Source of the DNA: a virus
Virus record (IMG/VR): IMGVR_UViG_3300048908_000307
Span: 9,112-73,111 of that record
DNA: 64,000 bases
Direction: 5' to 3' (one strand)
Part shown: positions 43,572 to 52,318 of the stretch, one piece after another
Numbering within the stretch: position 1 is the first letter of the stretch
Layout: each line of letters starts with the position of its first letter
The notes under the pieces: generated by a model
Told to the model about the DNA's origin: nothing
The model's database searches: none
The model's input: only the letters and a program-made list of their open reading frames with translations
Translations under genes and position numbers: made by a program

Positions 43572-44872
43572 TCGGTGGCCTCCCCCGACTTTCGGGCGGC
43601 CGTCTCGCGGCCGATCTGACGCCTGGCCCCTTCGCTGTACGACGGGGTGTCACCGGGGCGACGAACGGGCGGCGTGCCGCCGTTGTTGCGGCGTCCGTCG
43701 GGGGCGTCGGGATCCTTCTTCTGGCGGGGCTTGATTTGGGAACTGATCAGCGCCTGAGGGCCCCAAACGGGGGCGTCGGTGACGGTCCGCATGTGGGCCT
43801 GCGCGGCGCGCGACTGCGCCTCGATTTCGGCGCGGATTCCGACCGTTTTGCAGCCCGTCACGAGGAACCAGGCCTCGGCCCAGATCTGCTCGGTGACGTA
43901 CTGCGAACCGCGGGCTGCGCGGAGGGCGTTGGCCACCTTCCACACGTCATCGTGGTCGGCCTTGCGGTCCGCGTCCTTGCGGGCCTGCTCCTCCTCGACG
44001 GCCTTCTCTCGGGCCGCCTTCTCGGCCGCGGCCTTCGCCTCCGCCCCCGCCTTGGCCTTGTCCGCGCTTGCGCGGGCAGCCGCCTCCGCTTCGGCCTGCT
44101 TCTCGGCTGCGCGCTTCTCCCGCCACGACGGGATGCCGTCGGCTTTCTGGGCGATGCCGTGCTCGTAGGCCATCAGCACGATCGGCCCGCCGAGGGAGGC
44201 GATAGCGCCGATCAGGCCGGCGTTGAAGCCGATCCGCGGATCGGACAGACCCCCGTACATGTTGATGCCGGCGGCGATCACGGCGCCGAGCATGATGCCG
44301 ACGCGGTACGGGGCGACGTCCCGGCGGTGGGCGACCGCCCACGCGGCGCCGAACGCCAACACGAGGGCGAGGCCTTCGAGGAGCGCAGGCGCTGCGATCA
44401 GGAACGGGCGGGCCCGGTCCCAGAAGTGCATGAACTGGACCGGTGCGGCGATGACCAGGCCGACGGCGTAGATGCCGCGGGCACCCCACTTCCACCAGCG
44501 CTCGGTGCGCTGCTGCTCGGCATCCCGCTTCGCCTCGGCAGCCTCCTTCTCGGCGGCAGCCTTGTTCGCCTTCTCCTTCTCGGTGTTGGACTTGGCGGTC
44601 TCGGCGTTCTTCTTCGCGAGGTACGCCTGGTGGTCGACCTTCTCCTTCTCCAAGCGCATGGCGGCGCGGTCGTTGGCGATCCGCTCCTTCTCGGCCTTCT
44701 CGACGGCGAGGATCTTCTCGGCCTCAGCCTTGCCCGCCGCTTCGGTGCGCAGGGCGTCGGCTTCGGCGGCGGCTCGGGTACGGATCGCCTCCGCCTCGGC
44801 CAGCGCGCGCGGATCGAACCGCGGCTCGGGCGAGGCCACGGGTGTGCCGTTGACCTTCTTCTCGACGGACAT
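43568..44872 (-). CDS. Coiled-coil, four-TM transfer/spread protein (DUF2637/SpdB-like)
   Basis: EK/A-rich coiled coil, four TM segments, IASLGGPIVLMAYEH; upstream of traB. Confidence 0.7.
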   Translation of the reverse strand: MSVEKKVNGTPVASPEPRFDPRALAEAEAIRTRAAAEADALRTEAAGKAEAEKILAVEKAEKERIANDRAAMRLEKEKVDHQAYLAKKNAETAKSNTEKEKANKAAAEKEAAEAKRDAEQQRTERWWKWGARGIYAVGLVIAAPVQFMHFWDRARPFLIAAPALLEGLALVLAFGAAWAVAHRRDVAPYRVGIMLGAVIAAGINMYGGLSDPRIGFNAGLIGAIASLGGPIVLMAYEHGIAQKADGIPSWREKRAAEKQAEAEAAARASADKAKAGAEAKAAAEKAAREKAVEEEQARKDADRKADHDDVWKVANALRAARGSQYVTEQIWAEAWFLVTGCKTVGIRAEIEAQSRAAQAHMRTVTDAPVWGPQALISSQIKPRQKKDPDAPDGRRNNGGTPPVRRPGDTPSYSEGARRQIGRETAARKSGEATE

Positions 44873-44925
44873 GGCGGTCACAACCGCTCCCTTCAGGGGT
44901 CAGTGGGTGATCAGGTAGGTGGTCG

Positions 44926-45120
44926 TCAGCGGGGCCGGCGGCGGGTGCTGCGCCAGCCGAACGGGCCGGGCAGGTTGAGCGAGGTGGTGTCGCGGCCGGT
45001 CGAACTTCGGGTGTGCTGCAGCCCGTTCCGGGACCCGACGGTGATCGACCAGCTGCGGCGGTTGATGTTCAACCGGACGCCGGGGAAGATCCGGATGCTC
45101 TTGCGGAACGTGATCGGCAT
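44926..45120 (-). CDS. DUF4236-like protein
   Basis: MPITFRKSIRIFPGVRLNIN..SWSITVG...TGRDTTSLNLPG. Confidence 0.8.
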   Translation of the reverse strand: MPITFRKSIRIFPGVRLNINRRSWSITVGSRNGLQHTRSSTGRDTTSLNLPGPFGWRSTRRRPR

Positions 45121-45329
45121 CAGCGCCTCCCGGCAGGCACAGGAGCGGGCTTGCGGCGAGCGGACGCGATCAGGCCGACGGCTGCGGCGAGCAGCAGCAC
45201 GGCCGGCTGCGCCAGCACGGTGAACGCGCCCGTCGCAGCCAGCTCGACCGGGGTCGCAGCCGCAGGCCACAGGCCCACGACCAGCAGGTACGTTCCGGCG
45301 AGCAGCCAGAGGATGGGGTGACGACGCAT
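45120..45329 (-). CDS. Small two-TM protein
   Basis: ILWLLAGTYLLVVGLWP...VLLLAAAVGLIA. Confidence 0.7.
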   Translation of the reverse strand: MRRHPILWLLAGTYLLVVGLWPAAATPVELAATGAFTVLAQPAVLLLAAAVGLIASARRKPAPVPAGRR

Positions 45330-45431
45330 GACGGCCTCTCTCAAAGGTTGGGGGGATGGGGCTGGCCGGTTCTCCTTGGGCCCCGGGCGAGCCGGGGACC
45401 GCGGGCAGCCGGTCAGCTGCAGGGATTGGGG

Positions 45432-45617
45432 TCAGCCGCCGTAGTGGAGGTCGACGTCGACCTGCTCGGTGGGGCTCTTCCGCACGTGGTTGGTGACGTC
45501 GGTGCGGGCGCGCGCCTGCTCGTATGCGGGGCTCGGGTGGGAGACGGTCCCTGACTCGGTGCGGGTGGCGCCGGTGGCCTTGTCGGTGGCGGTGGCGGTG
45601 TAGCGGAACTTGCCCAT
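45432..45617 (-). CDS. Small hypothetical protein
   Basis: MGKFRYTATATDKATG; GAGG RBS. Confidence 0.6.
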   Translation of the reverse strand: MGKFRYTATATDKATGATRTESGTVSHPSPAYEQARARTDVTNHVRKSPTEQVDVDLHYGG

Positions 45618-45702
45618 GAGGGTTCCTCTCGGTGGGGGTTGGAAGCGCTGGCGCGGTTCCCCTCGACCGGGCCCGTGCGAGACGGGCCCGGCGGGCAGCC
45701 GG

Positions 45703-45870
45703 TCAGCGCTTGGTCTTCGCCCCGAAGAAGCCGTTGCCGGGGGTGGTGGTGTGGCTCTTGTGGATGCGGGCGTCGCTGTCCTTGGTGCGGACGGCCGGGT
45801 CTTGCTGGGTGGTCTCGTGGCCGCACGCCTGGCAGGGCTTGCCGGTCTCGTTCTTGCTGAACAGGCCCAT
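45703..45870 (-). CDS. 55-aa hypothetical protein
   Basis: MGLFSKNETGKPCQACGH; AGGAG RBS; below the track cutoff. Confidence 0.6.
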   Translation of the reverse strand: MGLFSKNETGKPCQACGHETTQQDPAVRTKDSDARIHKSHTTTPGNGFFGAKTKR

Positions 45871-45909
45871 GACGGGCTCCTCTCGGGTTGGGGTGGTCGG
45901 ATCGGTCGG

Positions 45910-46098
45910 TCAGGCCTGGCGGAGCTGGTCTTCGGTGAAGGTGGGCAGGCCGATCGCGAGGTCGAGGTGCGGGTCGCGGATGCCGTCGACCTGCACCCGC
46001 CCGTCACCGGTCGGCCAGGCCTCGCCGGTCCGGCCGACCAGGCCGGGCGCGTCCGGGCTGGACGTGACGGTCACCTGGTCACGCTTCTTGATCGCCAT
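45910..46098 (-). CDS. Small hypothetical protein
   Basis: AAGGAG RBS. Confidence 0.65.
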   Translation of the reverse strand: MAIKKRDQVTVTSSPDAPGLVGRTGEAWPTGDGRVQVDGIRDPHLDLAIGLPTFTEDQLRQA

Positions 46099-46240
46099 GG
46101 GTCTCCTTCGATGCGGTGGACGGGTGGTGGCGCGCGCCCCGGGTTGCGTTCGCGGCTACGTCCGTGGTGACCGAGGCCGGGGCTGGGCCGTGGCGGCGGG
46201 GCCGCGGGGGACGAATCCCACCGCCACGGGGATCAGGTGG

Positions 46241-46498
46241 TCAGGCGTTGCGGCGTCGGGCGGCCTCGTCCATGACGTCCTGGCCGCCGAAGCCGTGCGC
46301 CTCCGCGATACCAGCGAGGCGGTGGCTTTCGACGACGGCCGCCGTATGGGTCAGGTCGCCGTGGTGGTCGCGGCCCTGGGCGTGAAGGCCGTCCGCGATG
46401 GCCCGGCAGGCGTTGGCTTGATCGGCTGCCGCACCGAGGGCGTCGGCGGAGCGGGCGCGGTCGGCGAGCTGGCTCTGCAGCCAGGCAGGCTGGGGCAT
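46241..46498 (-). CDS. Small hypothetical protein
   Basis: AAGGAG RBS. Confidence 0.65.
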   Translation of the reverse strand: MPQPAWLQSQLADRARSADALGAAADQANACRAIADGLHAQGRDHHGDLTHTAAVVESHRLAGIAEAHGFGGQDVMDEAARRRNA

Positions 46499-46509
46499 GA
46501 CGTTCTCCT

Positions 46510-46707
46510 TCAGTCGATTCGAGTGATGTCGCTCGGGGTGGGGTCGAGCACGGTGTTGCCCCGGTTGAGGCGGTGGTGCAGCCGGTCGGCTTTGACGGCG
46601 GACTTCTCGACGGCTTCCTCAGCGCTGTCGGCGCGGGCGCTGTACGTGTACTGGCCTCCGACGCCAGGGCCGGACATTCCGCGACGCGTCACCGTGAAGC
46701 GGCCCAT
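46510..46707 (-). CDS. Small hypothetical protein
   Basis: TGATG coupling. Confidence 0.6.
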   Translation of the reverse strand: MGRFTVTRRGMSGPGVGGQYTYSARADSAEEAVEKSAVKADRLHHRLNRGNTVLDPTPSDITRID

Positions 46708-46925
46708 CAGGCGGCAGCCGGGTAGTCGAAGCCGTCGAGTTCGGCGGCCAGCGGCGGCTCGTCCGGGTGACGCAGGTCGTACTCCTCGGCGAGCTTCTTG
46801 ACGCGTCGCATGGCGAGCTCGTCGGCGGCGTCAAGGGCGATCTCGTAGCGGGCCTGCAGGTCCAGACGGGCACGCTGCGCGGCCTCGTAGGCATCCAGGT
46901 CGGCGGCGATCAGGTAAAGCGGCAT
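46707..46925 (-). CDS. Small hypothetical protein
   Basis: GAGG RBS. Confidence 0.65.
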   Translation of the reverse strand: MPLYLIAADLDAYEAAQRARLDLQARYEIALDAADELAMRRVKKLAEEYDLRHPDEPPLAAELDGFDYPAAA

Positions 46926-47032
46926 GGCAGTGGTTCCTCACTGGTCAGGTGGGTCTGGGATGGGGGTGGAAAGCCGCGCTGGCGGAGGCCGCGGGGGATT
47001 TGGGCTTCCCCGCCAGCGCGGCGGTCTTGGGG

Positions 47033-47146
47033 TCAGCCCCGCTGCTGGGCGAGGAGCTGGCGTGCAGCCTCGGCAGCCAACGCGGCGGCTGTCGCCTCGG
47101 CGATGCGCTGCTGGGCGAGAGCGTCAGCGGCTTCCTGCTCGGTCAC
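47033..47146 (-). CDS. 37-aa Ala/Gln-rich helical peptide
   Basis: MTEQEAADALAQQRIAEA; GGAGG RBS; overlapping start. Confidence 0.5.
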   Translation of the reverse strand: MTEQEAADALAQQRIAEATAAALAAEAARQLLAQQRG

Positions 47147-47313
47147 GACTTCACCTCCTCGCCCGAAGCGATGACGAGGAACCGGTCGTTGCGGATGTCC
47201 TGCACGACGGTCGCCGGGATGCCGTTGTCGCGGAACGCCTTCGCCTGCTCCTCCGCCGGCCAGCTGCCGCGCGGGTGGCCGGCCTGGGTGGAGGCGAGGA
47301 TCTTCTGCGGCAT
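47143..47313 (-). CDS. Small hypothetical protein
   Basis: MPQKILASTQAGHPRGSWPAEEQA; coupled. Confidence 0.6.
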   Translation of the reverse strand: MPQKILASTQAGHPRGSWPAEEQAKAFRDNGIPATVVQDIRNDRFLVIASGEEVKS

Positions 47314-47633
47314 CACGACACCTCGACCAGGTGCAGCATTCCGGCGGCGGCCAGCTGGCAGCGGCACATCGCCATCTCGTCCTGCAGGCGCAGGCAGCCG
47401 TCGTAATCGGCAGCAGCCGACAGGCGGCTACAGCGAGCCGACGCCCACCGGTGACGGGTCAGGAGGTCGGCAACCTGCAGGGAGACGCCGGTACAGGTCA
47501 CGCCGTTGATGACAGCGGACTCACCCGGAGCCAGAGCAGCCAGGCGGCGCTCCAGGCTTAGGAGCGCGTCGACGGCCGGCTGCGGGAGCGGAGCGGTGGG
47601 GGCGGTAGCGGGGGTCGGGGTTGCGGTGCTCAT
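47313..47633 (-). CDS. Hypothetical protein
   Basis: GGAGG RBS; follows the Xis-like gene. Confidence 0.6.
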   Translation of the reverse strand: MSTATPTPATAPTAPLPQPAVDALLSLERRLAALAPGESAVINGVTCTGVSLQVADLLTRHRWASARCSRLSAAADYDGCLRLQDEMAMCRCQLAAAGMLHLVEVS

Positions 47634-47635
47634 GA

Positions 47636-47866
47636 TCACGCCACCTCCGAGGTGGGCTTGTCGGAAGAGTTGCGGAGCGCCATGACGACATCCCGCGAGA
47701 TTCGGATCGCGCCCCCGCGTCGGGAGTCGCCTTCGGCTCGCGGCTGTCCGTAGCGGATGGCCGGCAGATCGCCGTTGTCGATCCAGCGGTAGACCGTCGG
47801 CTTGGAGATCCGCAGCAGCACTGCGGTCTCTTGCACGGTGAGCAGGTCTTGAGCCGCAGGCAGCAT
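47636..47866 (-). CDS. Excisionase-like HTH (HTH_17) protein, first gene of the transfer operon
   Basis: LLTVQETAVLLRISKPTVYRWIDNGDLPAIR...IRIS. Confidence 0.85.
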   Translation of the reverse strand: MLPAAQDLLTVQETAVLLRISKPTVYRWIDNGDLPAIRYGQPRAEGDSRRGGAIRISRDVVMALRNSSDKPTSEVA

Positions 47867-48053
47867 CTAGCTCTCCAATCCAGGAGTTGGGGGTTGGGCT
47901 GACATGACCAACTGTGGCAGGTCTCTTGAGAGGTTGCAATGTTCTCGCCCGATCGAAGCGGTCTCGTATGCCCCGCCGCCCCTCGTGAACTGGGCTTATG
48001 GTTGGGAAATTGATGGATGACTCAAGAGACGTTGCGAACTGGAGGAGTCGCGA

Positions 48054-48587
48054 GTGACGGAAGCGCAGTGGAGCGGGTCATCGACGCCCTATCTAGGCAG
48101 TGGCCAGGGAGACGCGTGGGGAAAGGAAGCCGCAGACCAGGGGCGCACCGGCAGCCAGCGGATCCTGAAGGCGGGGCCGATCGCGGCAAGCGGGGAGGTC
48201 GCCCGGCGACTCGGACTGCCCGAGGGCGCGGCGGTCATCGAGCGGCAGCGCCTGATCCTGCTGGACGGCCGGCCCGTCGAGTTGGCGATCTCCTACTGGC
48301 CAGCCAGCTGGGCGGCCGAGACCGCACTCGCGCAGCCCGGCAGGATCCGCGGCGGCGCCGTATCGCTACTCGTGGAACTTGGCTACACGCCCGGCCGCGT
48401 CGACGAAGACGTCACCACGCGACCGCCCACCAGCGAGGAGTTCCAGACCCTGAACCTTGCCACTGGCGAGTGGATCCTCTCGATGGCCCGCACGATCACC
48501 ACGCCTGGCGGTCGCCCCTACGAGGTGTCAGTCATGGTCAGCCCCGGCCGCATTGGACGGCTCCACTACTCAATGAAGGTCGACTGA
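48054..48587 (+). CDS. Stand-alone UTRA domain protein (no HTH)
   Basis: VARRLGLPEGAAVIERQRLILLDGRPVELAISYWP...GRPYEVS. Confidence 0.85.
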   Translation: MTEAQWSGSSTPYLGSGQGDAWGKEAADQGRTGSQRILKAGPIAASGEVARRLGLPEGAAVIERQRLILLDGRPVELAISYWPASWAAETALAQPGRIRGGAVSLLVELGYTPGRVDEDVTTRPPTSEEFQTLNLATGEWILSMARTITTPGGRPYEVSVMVSPGRIGRLHYSMKVD

Positions 48588-48588
48588 C

Positions 48589-49350
48589 ATGCCAGAACAG
48601 CCCGAAGAAGAGACCGTCTGGCCCGTCCAGGACCAGATCGCCGCCTACCTCCGCGACGGAATCCTCAACGGCGACTTCCTGCCCGACAAGGCCCTCCCGT
48701 CAAGCCGCAAGCTGCATGACCAGTTCGGCGCCGCGGCGCAGACCATCAAGAACGCGATGGAAATCCTGGAGCGAGAGGGCCTCGTCTACACCCGCAGAGG
48801 CGCCGGGGTCTTCGCCCGCGGGCACCGCCAGCGCACCATGACGCCGGCCGAGTACAAGAATCCGCCGACGGATGGCGGCAAGTACCAGTGGATCGCCGCG
48901 GCCGAACGGAAGGGTATGACGGGGAGGTCGGAACTCCTCGACGTCGAGGAAGTCGTTCCGCCGCGCCTGGTCCGCAATGCGTTCGGACTCGGCGACGATG
49001 GGACCGCGATCTTGCGCCGCCAGGTGATGTACCTCGACGACGAGCCTTGCGAGTTGGTGGAGGTCTACTTCCCGCTCGACTTGGCCAGGGGAACGCCGAT
49101 CGCCGAGCGTCGGCGCATCAAGGGTGGGGCGGGGCGAGTGCTGGCCGAGGCGGGGCTCCCGTCTCTCCGGTGCGTTGACAAGGTGGCTGCCCGGTGGCCG
49201 ACTCCGCAGCAGCAGAAGGCGCTGAAGATGCCGACGAAGCTGCCCGTGCTGCGCCAGTTCCGCGTGACGTACAGCGTGGACGATCGCCCCATCCAGGCGG
49301 AGTTCATGATCAAGGCGGGTCATCTGTACGAGCTGGAGTATGAGTTCTGA
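48589..49350 (+). CDS. GntR/HutC-family regulator (TraR/KorSA-like)
   Basis: QIAAYLRDGILNGDF....LPS...FG....GLVYTRRGAGVF plus UTRA; divergent from the transfer operon. Confidence 0.88.
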   Translation: MPEQPEEETVWPVQDQIAAYLRDGILNGDFLPDKALPSSRKLHDQFGAAAQTIKNAMEILEREGLVYTRRGAGVFARGHRQRTMTPAEYKNPPTDGGKYQWIAAAERKGMTGRSELLDVEEVVPPRLVRNAFGLGDDGTAILRRQVMYLDDEPCELVEVYFPLDLARGTPIAERRRIKGGAGRVLAEAGLPSLRCVDKVAARWPTPQQQKALKMPTKLPVLRQFRVTYSVDDRPIQAEFMIKAGHLYELEYEF

Positions 49351-49364
49351 TCACCCCGCCCACC

Positions 49365-49391
49365 AGCCCCGACGCGGACGGCGTCGGGGCT
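49365..49391 (+). terminator. Hairpin after the GntR gene
   Basis: AGCCCCGACGC / GCGTCGGGGCT followed by TT. Confidence 0.65.
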
Positions 49392-49493
49392 TCGTTGCGT
49401 CTGGATGCAAACGAGAGACTTGCGAACCTCTCAACAAACCTCTTACAGTCGCTCCCGAGAGTGGCTCACGCCACACGCTCAGTTAGGAGCGGC

Positions 49494-50051
49494 ATGCCCG
49501 AAACTCCCGAACGAACCGCGCTCTACCGATACTTCGACGCCAACGACGAGCTGCTCTACGTCGGGATCTCGATCGACCCAGACGGCCGGCTGAAGGCCCA
49601 CCGCGACAACCACGAGCCGTGGGTCGGTGAGGCCACCAAGCGCACCGACGAATGGCACGACTCCCGCTCGCTCGCCCTCAGGGCCGAGGCGGAGGTGATC
49701 AAGGCGGAGCGCCCGCGCTACAACGTGAAGCTCAACTACGACGACGCGCCCTTCGATCCCGCCTCGTGGCCCGAGATCGCTGACTTCCACAAGGTGCCCG
49801 GCATTGCGGAACTGATGCGCACCGAGATCACCAGCGGACGGTGGGCGCCGGGCCAGCGCATCCCATCGCTCCGCACCCTGGGAGAGGCGGCGGGCGCAAG
49901 CATCCGAATCGTCAGCAAGGCCTCGACTCAGCTGCAAAACGAAGGGCTTCTCGACTTGCAGCCGGGGCACGGCGTCTTCGTCGCCCGTCCCCAGGAGCCT
50001 CGCCCGAAGCTGCCGCACAACTTCTTCTGGGAGCTCGGCTTCCCCGGATAA
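49494..50051 (+). CDS. GIY-YIG nuclease domain fused to a GntR wHTH
   Basis: TALYRYFD...LLYVGIS..P..R...H...AEAEVIKAERPRYN, then EITSGRWAPGQRIPS...GHGVFV. Confidence 0.85.
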   Translation: MPETPERTALYRYFDANDELLYVGISIDPDGRLKAHRDNHEPWVGEATKRTDEWHDSRSLALRAEAEVIKAERPRYNVKLNYDDAPFDPASWPEIADFHKVPGIAELMRTEITSGRWAPGQRIPSLRTLGEAAGASIRIVSKASTQLQNEGLLDLQPGHGVFVARPQEPRPKLPHNFFWELGFPG

Positions 50052-50591
50052 GCGAACGGCCGGGCGCCCACCCGCCGACTTCCGGCCGTCCCGGACTGCA
50101 CTCCACCGTCTGGCCGCTTTACCGCGAGGGGTAGCGCATCCTATCGCTTCCGCCAAACCGCGTGTTTGCACAGGTGGGAGGCGTCGGGCACGGGGGCTGG
50201 TTCGTAATCCATTGGCCTGGCCGGCGGCGCGTTTTGATCTAGCGTCATACCCGGTCGACCTCACGACGCCCGCGATTTGGGGGCGCCATCGACGAGATCA
50301 AGACATCCGCGAGGAGGGGGGAATCGTGATTGGTGAACACGTTCCGATTCGGGCCGAAGCGGAACCCCGAGGCCACAGGCCACATGGGCCACTCGTTCGA
50401 TTTCGTCAGTCCGAATCACCTACCCCATCGCTGGGGTAGACACCGGCTTCCGATTCTGACCCTAGTACCCGTTCTGACCAGCTAGGTTCCATGAAACGCG
50501 AACGGCCGGGTGCGTCAACACCCGGCCCGTTCTTCAACCAGCGGTAGCACCCGCTGATCTTCAACCCACTCACGCCAGAGAGAGGTTTCCC

Positions 50592-51008
50592 ATGACCTTA
50601 GCAATCCCTGCCCCCGCCGTCGCCACCTCCGCACCTGCGGCGTCCGTCACGCCGCGCATCTCCCCCGCTCTCGTGAACGGCCAGCGCGTCTGGCTGGAAT
50701 GTCCGTCGTGGTGCACCGAAGATCATGTTGCGGCGAACGAGCGGCACCTGGAGGACGTCTGCCACGGCTCCCGGGCTGCCGATCTGATCGTGCCGCGGCA
50801 GGACGGTTCGGCGCGATTGATGCTGCTGACTCGCCTGATTGCCGGCGACTACGGTTCGGACGAGGACCGTGAACCTCTGGTGACGGTCGACGTCGACGAC
50901 GTGCAGGGCATGTACCTGTCGCCCAAGGAGGCGGACGACTTCGCCGACGGCCTGGTGGCGTTCGCTGAGGAGATCCGGGCGCTGGCCCGGACTGCGAGGG
51001 GCCTGTAG
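50592..51008 (+). CDS. DUF6907-like protein with a TTA codon at position 3
   Basis: CPSWCTEDH...EDVCH pattern; ATG ACC TTA. Confidence 0.75.
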   Translation: MTLAIPAPAVATSAPAASVTPRISPALVNGQRVWLECPSWCTEDHVAANERHLEDVCHGSRAADLIVPRQDGSARLMLLTRLIAGDYGSDEDREPLVTVDVDDVQGMYLSPKEADDFADGLVAFAEEIRALARTARGL

Positions 51009-51025
51009 TCGCCGCAAGCACGGAA

Positions 51026-51058
51026 GCACCCCCGACTCCGCACTGGAGTCGGGGGTGC
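51026..51058 (+). terminator. Hairpin
   Basis: GCACCCCCGACTCC / GGAGTCGGGGGTGC. Confidence 0.7.
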
Positions 51059-51181
51059 TGTGCTGTCTAGACCGCCTCGTCGGCCGCGCCCGCCGCGGCG
51101 TGTGGGTTTGCCAGCGGCAGGCCGTGCCCCGGGTGCCGCTCCAGGACCGGACTGTCGCACACGTCCCGTCTGGTTCGCAGC

Positions 51182-51613
51182 GTGTGGCGTGGGGGCTTGG
51201 GCCCGCACGCTCGCTACATGGGGGTCATCGAGGAGGGGCCGCGGCGGATCGGCGCCGGGCAGACGTTCACGTGCCCGTTTTGCGGGCTGCCGCAGGATCG
51301 GGTGCCGACACTGGACCACGACTGGGTGCTACTCGAGCCCGACGTCACCGTACTGGCGCACCTCGTGCCGGCGGAACACCGGTGGATCGTCGTGTCGGAC
51401 GGCCGGGTCACGGTGTACGGGGTGTGTCCGCCGGTGGCGGAGCAGCGCTGCCGGGTCGAGCACCGGCTGGCGTGCCCGGGGCAGGAACTGCCGGACCTGT
51501 GGCCTTGGCTGACGACGTTGCGGGGCGAGAACAGGCGGGCCTCGGAGCGCCGGGACGACGGGGAGCAGCCGCCAGAGGTGCCGCCGGACATCGAACTGCC
51601 GGACGTCGGGTAG
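51182..51613 (+). CDS. DUF6083-like zinc-binding protein (start uncertain)
   Basis: CPFCG....RVPT....WVLLEP...HRW...CRVEHRLACP. Confidence 0.7.
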   Translation: MWRGGLGPHARYMGVIEEGPRRIGAGQTFTCPFCGLPQDRVPTLDHDWVLLEPDVTVLAHLVPAEHRWIVVSDGRVTVYGVCPPVAEQRCRVEHRLACPGQELPDLWPWLTTLRGENRRASERRDDGEQPPEVPPDIELPDVG

Positions 51614-51861
51614 GGGTCCGCAGGCTGTTCCGACTTGCGTGGACGGCTGGCCCTGGAAGCGCCGCTCTCACCCCATCTATCCACACATTCGTTCGACTAG
51701 TCACGCGTTGTCCAGACCTTCACCCGGCCTCTTCCGGCCCCTACCGGAAGCCCGATAGCCTGGTCTATCTGGGGGAAGCGCCGCATGCCCGTAGATCCGC
51801 CGAGTCGCGCCAGGGGGTGGCTCATCTACGGTGAGGGCAGGCGCGAAAGGGGATACTGATC

Positions 51862-52314
51862 ATGGCAACCGTGCGGGATGTCGCGGCTTACATACTGGCG
51901 AAGGAAGCGCCGATGTCCGCCATGAAGCTGCAGAAGCTCTGCTACTTCGCCTACGGGTACCACCTCGCATGGGAGGACCGGCAGCTGTTCCCGGAACGCT
52001 TCGAAGCGTGGGCGAACGGGCCGGTCGTGAAGGAGCTGTACGCCCGGCATCGCGGCCGGTTCAACCTGGACCGCGGCGACATTGCCGGCGACCCGACGGC
52101 CCTGAGTGACGACGAGCGCGACTCGGTCAACGTGGTTCTCGAGAGCTTCCGCGCCTTCGACGCCCACGAGCTGTCGGCAATGACGCATCAGCCGGGCCCG
52201 TGGCTGGACGCCCGGACGCGGGCCGGCGCGACGGATCTGCAGCGCAGCAACGAAGAGCTGCGGGACGAGGAGATCGCCGACTACTTCGGCGCGCTTGTGG
52301 GCCGCGAGGACTGA
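51862..52314 (+). CDS. Panacea-domain (DUF4065/SocA-like) antitoxin
   Basis: DVAAYIL...MSAMKLQKLCYFAYGYHL...LF...FEAWANGPVV...LSAMTH...PW. Confidence 0.92.
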   Translation: MATVRDVAAYILAKEAPMSAMKLQKLCYFAYGYHLAWEDRQLFPERFEAWANGPVVKELYARHRGRFNLDRGDIAGDPTALSDDERDSVNVVLESFRAFDAHELSAMTHQPGPWLDARTRAGATDLQRSNEELRDEEIADYFGALVGRED

Positions 52315-52318
52315 CCGA

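Noticed and set aside
51699-51716. Possible LexA box upstream of the Panacea operon (CCACACATTCGTTCGA)
   Set aside because: Only one half-site matches.
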